From the NCBI GenBank assembly GCA_963753685.1, contig CAVWDE010000010.1:135448-199447 (forward strand): a DNA stretch of 64,000 nucleotides, read 5' to 3'. Each line of letters starts with the position of its first letter. Within the stretch, counting starts at the first letter, position 1. Both the position numbers and the translations under genes were made by a program. This DNA is from an uncultured Alphaproteobacteria bacterium (GTDB taxonomy: Bacteria; Pseudomonadota; Alphaproteobacteria; Geminicoccales; Geminicoccaceae). Shown piece by piece: positions 41,006 through 50,166 of the stretch. The notes under the pieces were generated by a model, which was given only the letters and a program-made list of their open reading frames with translations, ran no database searches and was not told the DNA's origin.

Positions 41006-41599
41006 ATGCGCGTGGTCCTGGCGGTGGGTTTTCTGGTCCTGGGGCTGGTCCTCGGGCTCGGGGGCTGCGCGGAAAAATACGAGACCTTCCAGCCGCCGCC
41101 GCTCGACTTCGGCAACCAGCCGCCGCTCCGCTTCGCGGTCGCCGCGATCGACATCCAAAGCGCCTATCAGCCCAAGGGGGCGCCGCCCTATGTCGAGCAC
41201 ACCTTCGCGCTCACCCCGGAGGCTGCGATCCGCCAGCTCCTCGAGCACCGGCTCCAGGCGGTCGGCGGCCCCGGCCGGCTGCAGGCGGTGATCGTCGATG
41301 CTTCGGTCACCGAGCAGAAGCTCGAGACCAGGACCGGCATCCGAGCCTATCTCACGACCGAGCCGGCCGCCCGTTTCGACGGCCGCATGAAGGTGCGGAT
41401 CGATCACCTGGACGATGCCGGCAAGGTCCAGGGCTCGATCAGCACCACCGCGACCCGGACCCGGGCGTTGCCCGAGGACATCGGCTACGCCGAGCGCCAG
41501 CAGATCGGCTACGAGCTGGTGCGCGACCTGATCAGCGACCTCGATGCCGGCCTGTCCGACAATCTGCGCGAGACCTTCCCCGACCTCCTCCGACCCTGA
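41006..41599 (+). CDS. Hypothetical lipoprotein
   Basis: ATG at 41006 lies 8 nt after GAGGG. Signal MRVVLAVGFLVLGLVLGLGGC (lipobox LGGC). I recognise no family. Confidence 0.65.
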   Translation: MRVVLAVGFLVLGLVLGLGGCAEKYETFQPPPLDFGNQPPLRFAVAAIDIQSAYQPKGAPPYVEHTFALTPEAAIRQLLEHRLQAVGGPGRLQAVIVDASVTEQKLETRTGIRAYLTTEPAARFDGRMKVRIDHLDDAGKVQGSISTTATRTRALPEDIGYAERQQIGYELVRDLISDLDAGLSDNLRETFPDLLRP

Positions 41600-41601
41600 C
41601 G

Positions 41602-41625
41602 CCAGCCGCCGTCAGCTGCGGCTGG
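41602..41625. terminator. Stem-loop between convergent genes
   Basis: CCAGCCGC (41602-41609) and GCGGCTGG (41618-41625) flank an 8-nt loop. The element sits between the lipoprotein stop and the permease stop. There is no clear U-run. Confidence 0.35.
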
Positions 41626-41647
41626 TCAACTCCTGCAGCGCGCTGGC

Positions 41648-42700
41648 CTAGGCGGATGCGGCCTGGCGGTCGGTGCGCAGGCGCTGGGCGTAGACGTTGA
41701 TGATCAGCGCCATCAGGAGGATCAGGCCGCGGATCAGGATCTTGAGGAAGCTGTCGATGTCGATGTGGTCGAGGCCGTTGTTGAGCACGCCCAGCACGAA
41801 CAGGCCGATGATCGTGTTGGGAATGCCGCCGCGGCCACCGAACAGACTGGTGCCGCCGACCACGACCGCGGCGATCGCATCGAGCAGGAAGTCGTCGAAC
41901 TCGTTCTGCTGCGCGCTGCCGAAGTAGGCGACCCCGAGCATGCCGGCAACGCCCGAGCAGACCGCGCTGATGATCATCACCGCGGCGACGATCGCCCGGA
42001 CGTTGACGCCCGAATACTCCGCCGCCTCGCGGTTGCCGCCGACCATGTACACGTAGCGGCCAAAGCGCGTGTAGGTCAGCACCAGGTGGCCGACCAGCAG
42101 GAACAGGGCGGCGATGATCACGATCCAGGAGACGGGCCCGAGGGCGCCGCTGCCGAGCGTGTGGATCAGCGCCGGCACATTGTAGGCGATCTGGCCGCGC
42201 ACCAGCATGGCCGAGACGCCGGCGCCGATCTGCAGCATGGCGAGCGTCATGATGAACGACGGGATGCCGATCAGCGTGATGCCGGCGGCATTGATGCAGC
42301 CGAGCGCGAAGGCCGCGAGCAGGGCCAGGAGGATCGCAGCGAAGCCCGGCAGCGGCAGTCCGGCGATGTTGACGTAGGACTCCTGCAGCGTGAAGAACGC
42401 GACCACGATGCCGGTGGCATTGGCGATCGCGGCGATCGAGAGGTCGATCTCGGCGGTCAGGATCACGAAGGTCAGGCCGGTCGCGATGATCGCCGTCACC
42501 GACACCTGGCGCAGGATGTTGCCGAGGTTGTCGAGGGTGACGAACGACGGGCTGAGCACGCTGAACACCACGACCAGGAACATGAGCGTCACGAACGGTG
42601 CGATGTTGATCAGCTGGCGCGCGAGCCAGGCGCGCACGCCCGCCAGCACCGAAGCCTTGCGCCCCTCGATTGCTTCAGCCTTCATCCCGCTCACCCTCAC
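41648..42700 (-). CDS. Monosaccharide ABC transporter permease (RbsC/AraH-like)
   Basis: ...NLGNILRQVSVTAIIATGLTFVILTAEIDLS... and ...GGTSLFGGRGGIPNTIIG.... The start overlaps the ATPase stop (ATGA). Confidence 0.9.
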   Translation of the reverse strand: MRVSGMKAEAIEGRKASVLAGVRAWLARQLINIAPFVTLMFLVVVFSVLSPSFVTLDNLGNILRQVSVTAIIATGLTFVILTAEIDLSIAAIANATGIVVAFFTLQESYVNIAGLPLPGFAAILLALLAAFALGCINAAGITLIGIPSFIMTLAMLQIGAGVSAMLVRGQIAYNVPALIHTLGSGALGPVSWIVIIAALFLLVGHLVLTYTRFGRYVYMVGGNREAAEYSGVNVRAIVAAVMIISAVCSGVAGMLGVAYFGSAQQNEFDDFLLDAIAAVVVGGTSLFGGRGGIPNTIIGLFVLGVLNNGLDHIDIDSFLKILIRGLILLMALIINVYAQRLRTDRQAASA

Positions 42701-44199
42701 GCGGCACTCAGCAGGCGGTCCTTGCTCACCGTCATGTTCGCGAACTCCTGGGCGATCTCGCCCTTGCGCATCACCAGGATGCGGTCGGCGAGCGCCAGGA
42801 TCGTCTCCGGCTCGGTCGACACCACGACCACCGCGATGCCCTGCGCCTTCAGCCCCTTGACGATCTTCACGACGTCGTCCTTGGCGCCGACGTCCATCCC
42901 GCGGGTCGGCTCCGACAGGACCAGCACCCGGGGCAGGTGGGTGAGCCAGCGGGCGAGCGCCACCTTCTGCTGATTGCCGCCCGAGAGCGTGCGCAGCTCC
43001 GGCTCGACCGAGGCCGGCCGGATGTGCAGGCGCTCGACCTGCCGGCCTGTGAGCCGGCGCTCCTCGCGCGGCCGGAGCAGCACCGCCCCGATCCGCTCGA
43101 GGATGCTGATCGAGACGTTCTTATAGACCGGCTCGTGGGCGAACAGCATGCTGCGGCGGCTCTCCGGCAGCAGCGCCACGCCCGCTCGCTTGGCGGCTGA
43201 CGTGCTGCGCAGGCGCACCCGCCGGCCATCGATCCGCACCTCGCCCGCCTCGGACCTGAGCTTGCCGCCGAGCGCGCGGGCCAGCTCGAGCTGACCCGAG
43301 CCCATGAAGCCGTAGATGCCGAGCACCTCGCCCGCGCGCGCCGCGAACGAGATGTTCTGGAACAACCCACGATGGGCGAGGCCGGCCGCTTCGATCACCG
43401 CGGGCGCCGCCGGATCGCTCGCGAGCCTGATCTCGCCCGTGTAGCTCTCCTCGAGCCCGGCGTGGCCGCTGCCGATCATGCGCTCGATCAGCCACCGCTT
43501 GTCGACCTCGGCCGCGGGCACCGTCGCCATCCGCCGCGCGTTGCGGAACACGGTCACCCGATCCGAGACCGCGAGCACGTCATCGATGAAATGCGAGATG
43601 AAGACGAAGCTCGTGCCGCCCTCCTTGAGCCGGTGCAGGACCGCGAACAGACGCTCGATCTCGGGTGGTGAAAGCGCTGAGGTCGGCTCGTCCAGGATGA
43701 TGATCCGGGCGCCGGAGAACAGCACCCGGCCGATCTCGACCAGCTGCTGCAGGCCGAGCGGCAAGGCACCCGCCTCCACGGCCGGGTCGACCTCGATGCC
43801 GAGCCGCTCCAGATGCTCGCGCGCATCGGCCGCCATGGCGCGCCAGCGCACGTTGCCGAACCGGCCGACCGGCTGCACGCCGAGGAACACGTTCTCCGCG
43901 ACCGACAGGCTCGGCACGATGCTGAGCTCCTGGTGCACCATGCCGATGCCCGCCGCGAGCGCGTCGCGGGTGGAGCGGAAGCGGACCGGCGCGCCGTCGA
44001 GGCGCATGGTCCCGGTGTAGCCGGTGTGCACGCCCGAGATGATCTTCATGAGCGTGCTCTTGCCGGCGCCGTTCTCGCCGACCAGACCATGCACCTCGCC
44101 CGCGGCGAGCGTGAAATCGACGCCGTCCAGCGCCACCACCCCGCCGAAGGTCTTGCCGATGCCCTCGAGCTCGAGGATCGGCCCGGCCGCTGCCGCCAC
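42697..44199 (-). CDS. Monosaccharide ABC transporter ATP-binding protein (duplicated ATPase, RbsA/MglA-like)
   Basis: GTG at 44199. First Walker A is GENGAGKST and first signature LGLQQLVEI. The second half carries ...GFMGSGQLE..., LSGGNQQKV and ...VLVLSEPTRGMD.... Confidence 0.9.
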   Translation of the reverse strand: MAAAAGPILELEGIGKTFGGVVALDGVDFTLAAGEVHGLVGENGAGKSTLMKIISGVHTGYTGTMRLDGAPVRFRSTRDALAAGIGMVHQELSIVPSLSVAENVFLGVQPVGRFGNVRWRAMAADAREHLERLGIEVDPAVEAGALPLGLQQLVEIGRVLFSGARIIILDEPTSALSPPEIERLFAVLHRLKEGGTSFVFISHFIDDVLAVSDRVTVFRNARRMATVPAAEVDKRWLIERMIGSGHAGLEESYTGEIRLASDPAAPAVIEAAGLAHRGLFQNISFAARAGEVLGIYGFMGSGQLELARALGGKLRSEAGEVRIDGRRVRLRSTSAAKRAGVALLPESRRSMLFAHEPVYKNVSISILERIGAVLLRPREERRLTGRQVERLHIRPASVEPELRTLSGGNQQKVALARWLTHLPRVLVLSEPTRGMDVGAKDDVVKIVKGLKAQGIAVVVVSTEPETILALADRILVMRKGEIAQEFANMTVSKDRLLSAA

Positions 44200-44240
44200 G
44201 CGACGCCCTTGCGCTCGATCGCTCGGATCAGCCCGATCGC

Positions 44241-45278
44241 TCAGATCAGGAAGTGCCGCTCCATCCAGAGCATGCCTTCTGCGTTCGGCTTGGTGACCAC
44301 CGGCCCGTCGGTGATCACGTGCTTGGGGATGCCATCCTTGCCGGTCTTCTCGCCGTCGACCACGGCCGCGACGCCGGCCACGATGGCGCCACCGTGGATC
44401 CGGCAGGACGGGTTCCTGACCGTGGCGTACATCCGGCCGTCGAGCACCGCCTCGATCGCAGGCGGCATGGCGTCGACCCCGCCGATCAGGATCTTGGTCC
44501 GGTTGTGCGCCTTCATGACGTTGTAGGCCGCGAGCGCCATGTCGTCGTTGTGGAAGAAGGCAGCGCTGATGTCGGAGTACTTGGTCAGCAGGGATTCCCA
44601 GATGCGGGCGGTCTTGGTGACGTCCCAGTCGGCCGGCTGGGTGTCGAGGACCTTGATGCCGGGGTACTTCTTGACCACCGCCTCGAAGCCGCGCGCGCGC
44701 CCCTGGGCGCCGGTATGGCCGAGCGCGCCCTGGGTCATGATCATCGTGCCCTTGCCGCCGATCGCGTCGACCAGCGCCTGGGTCACCGACGAGCCCATGA
44801 ACTCGTTGTCGGGGGCGAGGAAGCTGTGGACGTCGATCTGATCGAGCGGGGCGATCAGGGTGTCCATGTCGATCACCGGGATGCCGGCGGCGATCATCTT
44901 CTTGACCGGGTCGGTGAGCGTGCCGATCCCGAACGCCTGGATGGCGACGAAATCCCACTTCTGGGAGGCCATGTTGTCGATCGCGGCGCGCTGCTTGGTG
45001 GCGCTGAGCTCGCCGTCGAACCAGGTGACCTCGACATTGAACAGCTTGCCCCAGGCCTCGGCTGCCTGCTTGCCCTGAGCGCACCAGGTCGCCTGCAGGC
45101 CGGCGTTCGAGAACGCGGCCTTCAAGGGCTTCTCGGAGCTCTTCAGCTCCTGCGCGAGCGCCGGCGCGATCAACGGATTGAAGCCGAGGCCGCCGAGCAC
45201 GGCGCCGGCGGCGCCGGCCGCGGTCTTGCCCAGGAAGGCGCGCCGTGTTTCTTCTGAAGTCGCAGCTGTTCTGGTCAC
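44241..45278 (-). CDS. Monosaccharide ABC transporter substrate-binding protein (Tat signal)
   Basis: MTRTAATSEETRRAFLGKTAAGAAGAVLG... A periplasmic-binding-protein type I fold pattern follows (...DFVAIQAFG..., ...IPVIDMDT...). Confidence 0.9.
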   Translation of the reverse strand: MTRTAATSEETRRAFLGKTAAGAAGAVLGGLGFNPLIAPALAQELKSSEKPLKAAFSNAGLQATWCAQGKQAAEAWGKLFNVEVTWFDGELSATKQRAAIDNMASQKWDFVAIQAFGIGTLTDPVKKMIAAGIPVIDMDTLIAPLDQIDVHSFLAPDNEFMGSSVTQALVDAIGGKGTMIMTQGALGHTGAQGRARGFEAVVKKYPGIKVLDTQPADWDVTKTARIWESLLTKYSDISAAFFHNDDMALAAYNVMKAHNRTKILIGGVDAMPPAIEAVLDGRMYATVRNPSCRIHGGAIVAGVAAVVDGEKTGKDGIPKHVITDGPVVTKPNAEGMLWMERHFLI

Positions 45279-45422
45279 GTGATCTCTCCCAGTCGCAAAG
45301 ATGACGCTCCACGCGATGCCGGAGCCCGACAGACACCGGCCCGACGCGCGCGCCGGGAGATTTCCACGGCGGCCGGCAGCTGGCTAGTGTATTTTTTTCA
45401 ATCTGGACCGGCTTGCCAGCCG

Positions 45423-46067
45423 TCAGCCGCCTCGGGTCCCGCGCAATCGCGCGATCTCGCCCTCCAGCTCCGCGATGCGGCGATCGCGTTCGGCGAGTGC
45501 TGCCGCGACGTCGGCGGCCTCGAACCGCTGCGGGATGTGTTGCGGACAGTTCGAGTCCCAGGCGGCGACCGTGAAGACGATCGCCTGTTCGACCCGTGCC
45601 TTGTAGCCCTCAGGCATCAGCTTTGCCAAAAGCTCGGCATCGCCCTCGACCACCCGCGCCTCGCCCCAGATCTTGACCCGTCGCCGGTGCGCGTAGTCGA
45701 TCAGGAAGAGGTGGGCCTTGGGATTGTCCGCGAGATTGCCCTGGGTGATGTATTGCCGGTTGCCGGCGAAATCGGCAAAGCCCAGGGTCCGCTCGTCGAG
45801 CACGTGCAGAAAGCCCGCCGGGCCGCCCCGATGCTGGATATAGGGCTGGCCGTCCTGGCTCGCGGTGGCCAGGAAGACGCTCGTCTGGGCGGCGATGAAG
45901 CTGGCCAGCTCGGGCGTGATCCGGGTCTCCCAGGACCCTCGCTCCTCCATGCGCGCGTAGGACGGGCGCGAGCCCTTGCGGGTCTGCACCGCCTTGACGG
46001 TCGGCGTGAAGGCGACGTCGCTGGCGTAGCTTGCGGTCGAGGCGGCGTCCAAGGACCGTTCCCTCAC
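45423..46067 (-). CDS. Pyridoxamine 5'-phosphate oxidase-family FMN-binding protein
   Basis: ...[56 protein letters not shown].... The C-terminus is coiled-coil-like. Confidence 0.8.
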   Translation of the reverse strand: MRERSLDAASTASYASDVAFTPTVKAVQTRKGSRPSYARMEERGSWETRITPELASFIAAQTSVFLATASQDGQPYIQHRGGPAGFLHVLDERTLGFADFAGNRQYITQGNLADNPKAHLFLIDYAHRRRVKIWGEARVVEGDAELLAKLMPEGYKARVEQAIVFTVAAWDSNCPQHIPQRFEAADVAAALAERDRRIAELEGEIARLRGTRGG

Positions 46068-46534
46068 AGGCCGAGATCGCTCAAGGACGGATGGTCGTCG
46101 GGGCGGCGGCCGAGCGGCCAGTGATATTTGCGCTCACTCTCCCGGATCGGCAGATCATTGATGCTGGCGATCCGCAGCCGCATCAGGCCGTGCTCGTCGA
46201 ACTCCCAGTTCTCGTTGCCGTAGCTCCGGAACCAGTGGCCGCTGTCGTCATGCCACTCATAGGCGAAGCGCACGGCGATCCGGTTGTCGCGGAACGTCCA
46301 GAGCTCCTTGATCAGCCGGTAGTCGAGCTCGCGGTTCCACTTGCGCACGAGGAACGCCTCGATCGCCTGCCGGCCGTCCAGGAACTCGGCGCGATTGCGC
46401 CAGCGGCTGCCCTCCGTATAGGCGAGCGCCACCCGCGCCGGATCGCGTGTGTTCCAGGCGTCTTCGGCCATGCGCACCTTCTGCGCGGCGGTCTCGGCGG
46501 TGAACGGCGGCAGCGGCGGGCGTTGCTCGGACAT
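46064..46534 (-). CDS. DUF1348 (NTF2/SnoaL-like) family protein
   Basis: ATG at 46534 follows GGAGG. ...[36 protein letters not shown]...[33 protein letters not shown].... Confidence 0.8.
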   Translation of the reverse strand: MSEQRPPLPPFTAETAAQKVRMAEDAWNTRDPARVALAYTEGSRWRNRAEFLDGRQAIEAFLVRKWNRELDYRLIKELWTFRDNRIAVRFAYEWHDDSGHWFRSYGNENWEFDEHGLMRLRIASINDLPIRESERKYHWPLGRRPDDHPSLSDLGL

Positions 46535-46590
46535 TTCCGCCTCCAAGGGCAGGGCTGAGCCCGGGCACGAGCTTACCCGGGCCGCTCCAG

Positions 46591-47488
46591 TCAGCTCGCG
46601 GCGACCTTGCGCTCGAGGAAATCGCGGATCAAGGGCACCATCTCGTCCGCCTTGTCCTCGAGCGCGAAGTGGCCGGTGTCGAGCAGGTGAAACTCGGCAT
46701 CGGGCAGGTCGCGCCGGTAGGGATGGGCACCGTCCGCCGGGAAGATCTTGTCGTTCTTGCCCCAGACGATCAGGGTCGGCGGCCGGCTGCTCGCGGAACC
46801 AGGCCTGGACCCTGGGATAGAGGGCGAGGTTGGTGCCGTAGTCGTAGAAGATGTCGAGCTGGATGTCGTTGTTGCCCGGGCGATCCAGCAGGGACTGGTC
46901 GTGCACCCAGTTGTCCGGCGAGATCCGGCTGACATCGGCGACGCCGTCGGTGTATTGGAACTTCGTTATCTCGAGCGTGAACAGCCCCTTCAGGGCCTGG
47001 CGATGGGCGTCCGCACCATCGGCCCAATAGGCCTTGATCGGGTCCCAGAACTCCTTCAGCCCCTCGTCATAGGCGTTGCCGTTCTGGACGATCAGGCCCG
47101 TGACGGCCAGGGGATGCCTGAGCGCCAGCCGCCAGCCCACAGGCGCCCCATAGTCCATCACGTACATCGCGTAGCGCGTGACGCCGAGCCGATCGAGGAG
47201 GCCGTCGACCAGCTCGGCAAAGCGGTCGAACGTGTAGGCGAACGTGCTGCGATCCGGCATGTCGCTCTGGCCGAAGCCGGGATAGTCCGGCGCGATCACG
47301 TGATAGCGGTCGGCAAGGGCGGGGATCAGGTTGCGGAACATGTGCGACGAGGTCGGAAAGCCGTGCAGCAGCAGCACGACCGGCGCATCCGCCGGGCCCG
47401 CCTCACGGTAGAAGATGTTGACACCCTCGATCTGCGCGGTCCGATGATGGGTGACCGGCGCGGCGTCTGCGACCGTGGAAGTCGTCAT
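46591..47488 (-). pseudogene. Alpha/beta hydrolase (haloalkane dehalogenase/epoxide hydrolase-like), reading frame broken once
   Basis: ...[19 protein letters not shown]...[10 protein letters not shown]... runs to ...RVQAWFREQ. The conserved C-terminus [19 protein letters not shown]...[13 protein letters not shown]... continues in the neighbouring frame to 46591. The break is in CAGCCGGCCGCC at about 46781-46790. Confidence 0.8.
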
Positions 47489-47542
47489 TCCGGTTCTCCC
47501 TGGATGTCAGTGACGGGACGCCCTCCCGGGCGGGCCTTTGGA

Positions 47543-48514
47543 TCAGACGCCCTCGTAGACCAGCCTCGTGAAGAAGCCGGGATCGATCACGAAATTGCCC
47601 CACTTGGCGTCGAACGCCGCGGTCGGCTTGGCCGCGACGGCCTCGTCCCGCGATCGCCCTTCCTTCTTGAGCGTCGCGACGTTGTCCCGGATGGCCACGA
47701 GCATGTCGCGGAATGCCTGCAGCTCGGCTTTGTTGCTGACTGGCTGACCGTGACCTGGAATGATGATCGTCTCGTGCGTGGTCGCCGCCAGGTTGGCGTC
47801 GGAGGCCGCGATCATGCCGTCGATGCTGCCGCCGGTCGAATAGTCGATGAAAGGATAGATGCCGTTCCAGAAGGTATCGGCCGCGTGCAGGATGTCCGCC
47901 TCGCCAAATGTGACCGAGATGTCGCAGTCGGTGTGCGCGGGCCCGTAGTGTTTCAGACCGATCGTGGCGCCGTTGAGCGTCAGGCTGCGTTCGCTCTCAA
48001 ACACTTCGCTGGGCAGCGCAGCCGGAGGCGCGGGCAGGAAGTTGTAGTCCCAGTCCTCGACGCGTTGGATTTCCGAAAGATACTTTCGGGTATTGGTCTG
48101 CGCGATGATCTTCGCGCCTGCCTCATGCAGCCACGCGTTGCCGTCGGCATGGTCGAAGTGCCAATGCGTATTGACCAGGTGGGTGATCGGATCGGCGCCC
48201 AGATCCGCCAGAGCCTTGGTGATCTGCGGGCGCGAGACGCCGATGCCGGCATCGATCAGCACTTTGCCATCGGGACCGGTCAGAACCGCGATGTTGCCGC
48301 CGGAGCCCTCGAGCACGCTGACGTTGTTGCGCAACTTATGCGTGACGATGGGCGAGACGGCGGCGCTGTCCTTGATCAGGCTGACGAGGCCGCGGGCCTC
48401 CGCGAACGCTTCGCGGGGGGTCAGCCAACCGCCGGTGGCCGCGTAAGCCGCGCCAGCGCAGCAGCACAGGCAAAAGTGCCGGCGCGAAAACAAATTCTCC
48501 GCTGCGCAGTCCAT
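47543..48514 (-). CDS. MBL-fold metallo-hydrolase with N-terminal export signal
   Basis: ATG at 48514. ...LVNTHWHFDHADGN... (HxHxDH), ...HYGPAHTDCD..., ...IIPGHG.... Confidence 0.85.
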   Translation of the reverse strand: MDCAAENLFSRRHFCLCCCAGAAYAATGGWLTPREAFAEARGLVSLIKDSAAVSPIVTHKLRNNVSVLEGSGGNIAVLTGPDGKVLIDAGIGVSRPQITKALADLGADPITHLVNTHWHFDHADGNAWLHEAGAKIIAQTNTRKYLSEIQRVEDWDYNFLPAPPAALPSEVFESERSLTLNGATIGLKHYGPAHTDCDISVTFGEADILHAADTFWNGIYPFIDYSTGGSIDGMIAASDANLAATTHETIIIPGHGQPVSNKAELQAFRDMLVAIRDNVATLKKEGRSRDEAVAAKPTAAFDAKWGNFVIDPGFFTRLVYEGV

Positions 48515-48585
48515 GGCATCCTCGCTGTTCGTGCCGGTGGCGGGATCGGCTGTGCAAACCGCCAGACTATTCGCTGTTCGGCCTT

Positions 48586-48715
48586 TCAGCTCCGGATGTA
48601 CGCAAGAAGATCGTTGTTGAGCTGATCGTTGCTGGTGACCATAAGCCCGTGGGGCGGGCCCGGATAGACTTTCAACGTCGCACCCTTGATGAGCCTCGAT
48701 GATATCCGGATTGGC
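48586..48715 (-). pseudogene. 3' fragment of an alpha/beta hydrolase (arylesterase/non-haem haloperoxidase type)
   Basis: Only the last ~40 codons remain, ...[38 protein letters not shown]. This is the canonical C-terminus including the catalytic His. No upstream body or start exists. GC is locally lower. Confidence 0.5.
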
Positions 48716-48734
48716 GCTCGGCCAGAGGGCGGAG

Positions 48735-50045
48735 TTAGTAGACCTGAGCGTAGCGCTCCGCCTGCTCGGCGTCGGACAGGCCGGCCATGGCCGCGATCTC
48801 GTTCTGCTTGTGCTTCCGGTAGCAGTCCAGCAGCAGCGGCGGCAGCCAGCCCTGGACCGTCGGCGTCGGCGTCCAAGGCCGCAAGCGCCAGCGGGAACGA
48901 GGTCGGCAGGCGCTGCACGCCCTGCGCCTGCAGCTCGGCCGCACCCATGGTCGCGAGATCGCCCTCGGTCGGCCGCGGCGTCGGCAGCTCCTCCCGGAGG
49001 CCCTGCAGGCCGGCCATCGCGAGCATGGCGAGCAGGAGGTAGGGCGAGGCGACCGCATCCGCCGCCCGATACTCGACATGGTATTGCGCCGCGACGTCGC
49101 CGTCCTCGCGCACCGGGCAGATGCGCACCGCCGCCTCGCGGTCGCGGTAGCCCAGATTGTTGAACGACGAGCTCCAGCGGTGCGGCACCAGGCGCTGATA
49201 GGAGACCGTGCTCGCCGCGGTGAAGGCGAGCAGCGCCGGCAGGTGGCGGAGGATGCCGGCGGTGAAGCTGCCGGCGATGGCGCTGAGGCCGCCGGGGCCC
49301 GCGGGATCGTGCATCACCGGGCGGCCCTCGCGGTCGACCAGGCCCAGATGGACGTGGACGCCGTTGCCGACCCCCATGCCGGCGACGATCGGCGCGAAGG
49401 TCACGCCCACCCCCTGCCGCCGCGCCACGGCGCGCGCCAGCTCGCGCAGGATCACCGCCTGATCGGCAGCCGATCAGGCCCGGCCTGGGTGCGATGCTGA
49501 TCTCGTGCTGGCTGAGGCCGTATTCGGGCTGGATCAGCTCGACCCGGATGCCCGCCTGGTCGAGCGCCGCGACCAAATGCTCGTGGAAGGCCGCGGCCGT
49601 ACGATAGGAGCGCAGGCCGAAGCCGCCGCCATCGGGCATGGGCGCGGCGTAGTGAAACTCGTGCTCGAAGCTCGCGCGCAGCTCGAGCCCCGCCTCGCTC
49701 GCGAGGGCTGCGAGCGCGCCCTTCAGCAGCGAGCGCAGGCAGCAGGGCCAGGGCGTGGTGCCGTCGGTCTCGACGATGTCGCCGAGCACGAAATGCTCGC
49801 CCGGGTCGTCAGGCCCCAAGATCGACGTCGACCCGGGCCGCGGGGTCCGGCATCAGCAGAGCGTCGCCCAGCGAGCCGAACGGCGTGTCCGCGATCTGGT
49901 TGAAGGCCGTGATCTGAACATTGGTCGGACACCAGCCGACGCCGCCCGCGCAGCGTTTCTCGAAATCCCGCGCCGGGAACGCCTTGCCGCGCACCTGCCC
50001 CGCGATGTCGCTGCAGCACGCCATGATCAGCGGTTCCCGTCGCAT
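48735..50045 (-). pseudogene. Glutamine synthetase-family (gamma-glutamyl ligase-like) gene with three frame breaks
   Basis: Four collinear pieces reconstruct about 436 aa:
1. MRREPLIMACCSDIAGQVRGK...VDVDLG
2. PDDPGEHFVLGDIVETDG...FEHEFHY...[23 protein letters not shown]
3. [21 protein letters not shown]...[10 protein letters not shown]...[10 protein letters not shown]...ALDAD
4. [23 protein letters not shown]...YAQVY
The breaks are near 49814-49817, 49468-49472 and 48858-48868. Confidence 0.8.
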
Positions 50046-50166
50046 GCCCGTTTCCCTCCGGCCGTTTGCGCTCAGACTGTCGTGTTGCCCGATTGAAGCA
50101 GGATCGGTGCCTCGATCAAGGAGATGGTTTGACAAAGCCCGCGGCGGCGGCTCAGTTACCGAGCCA

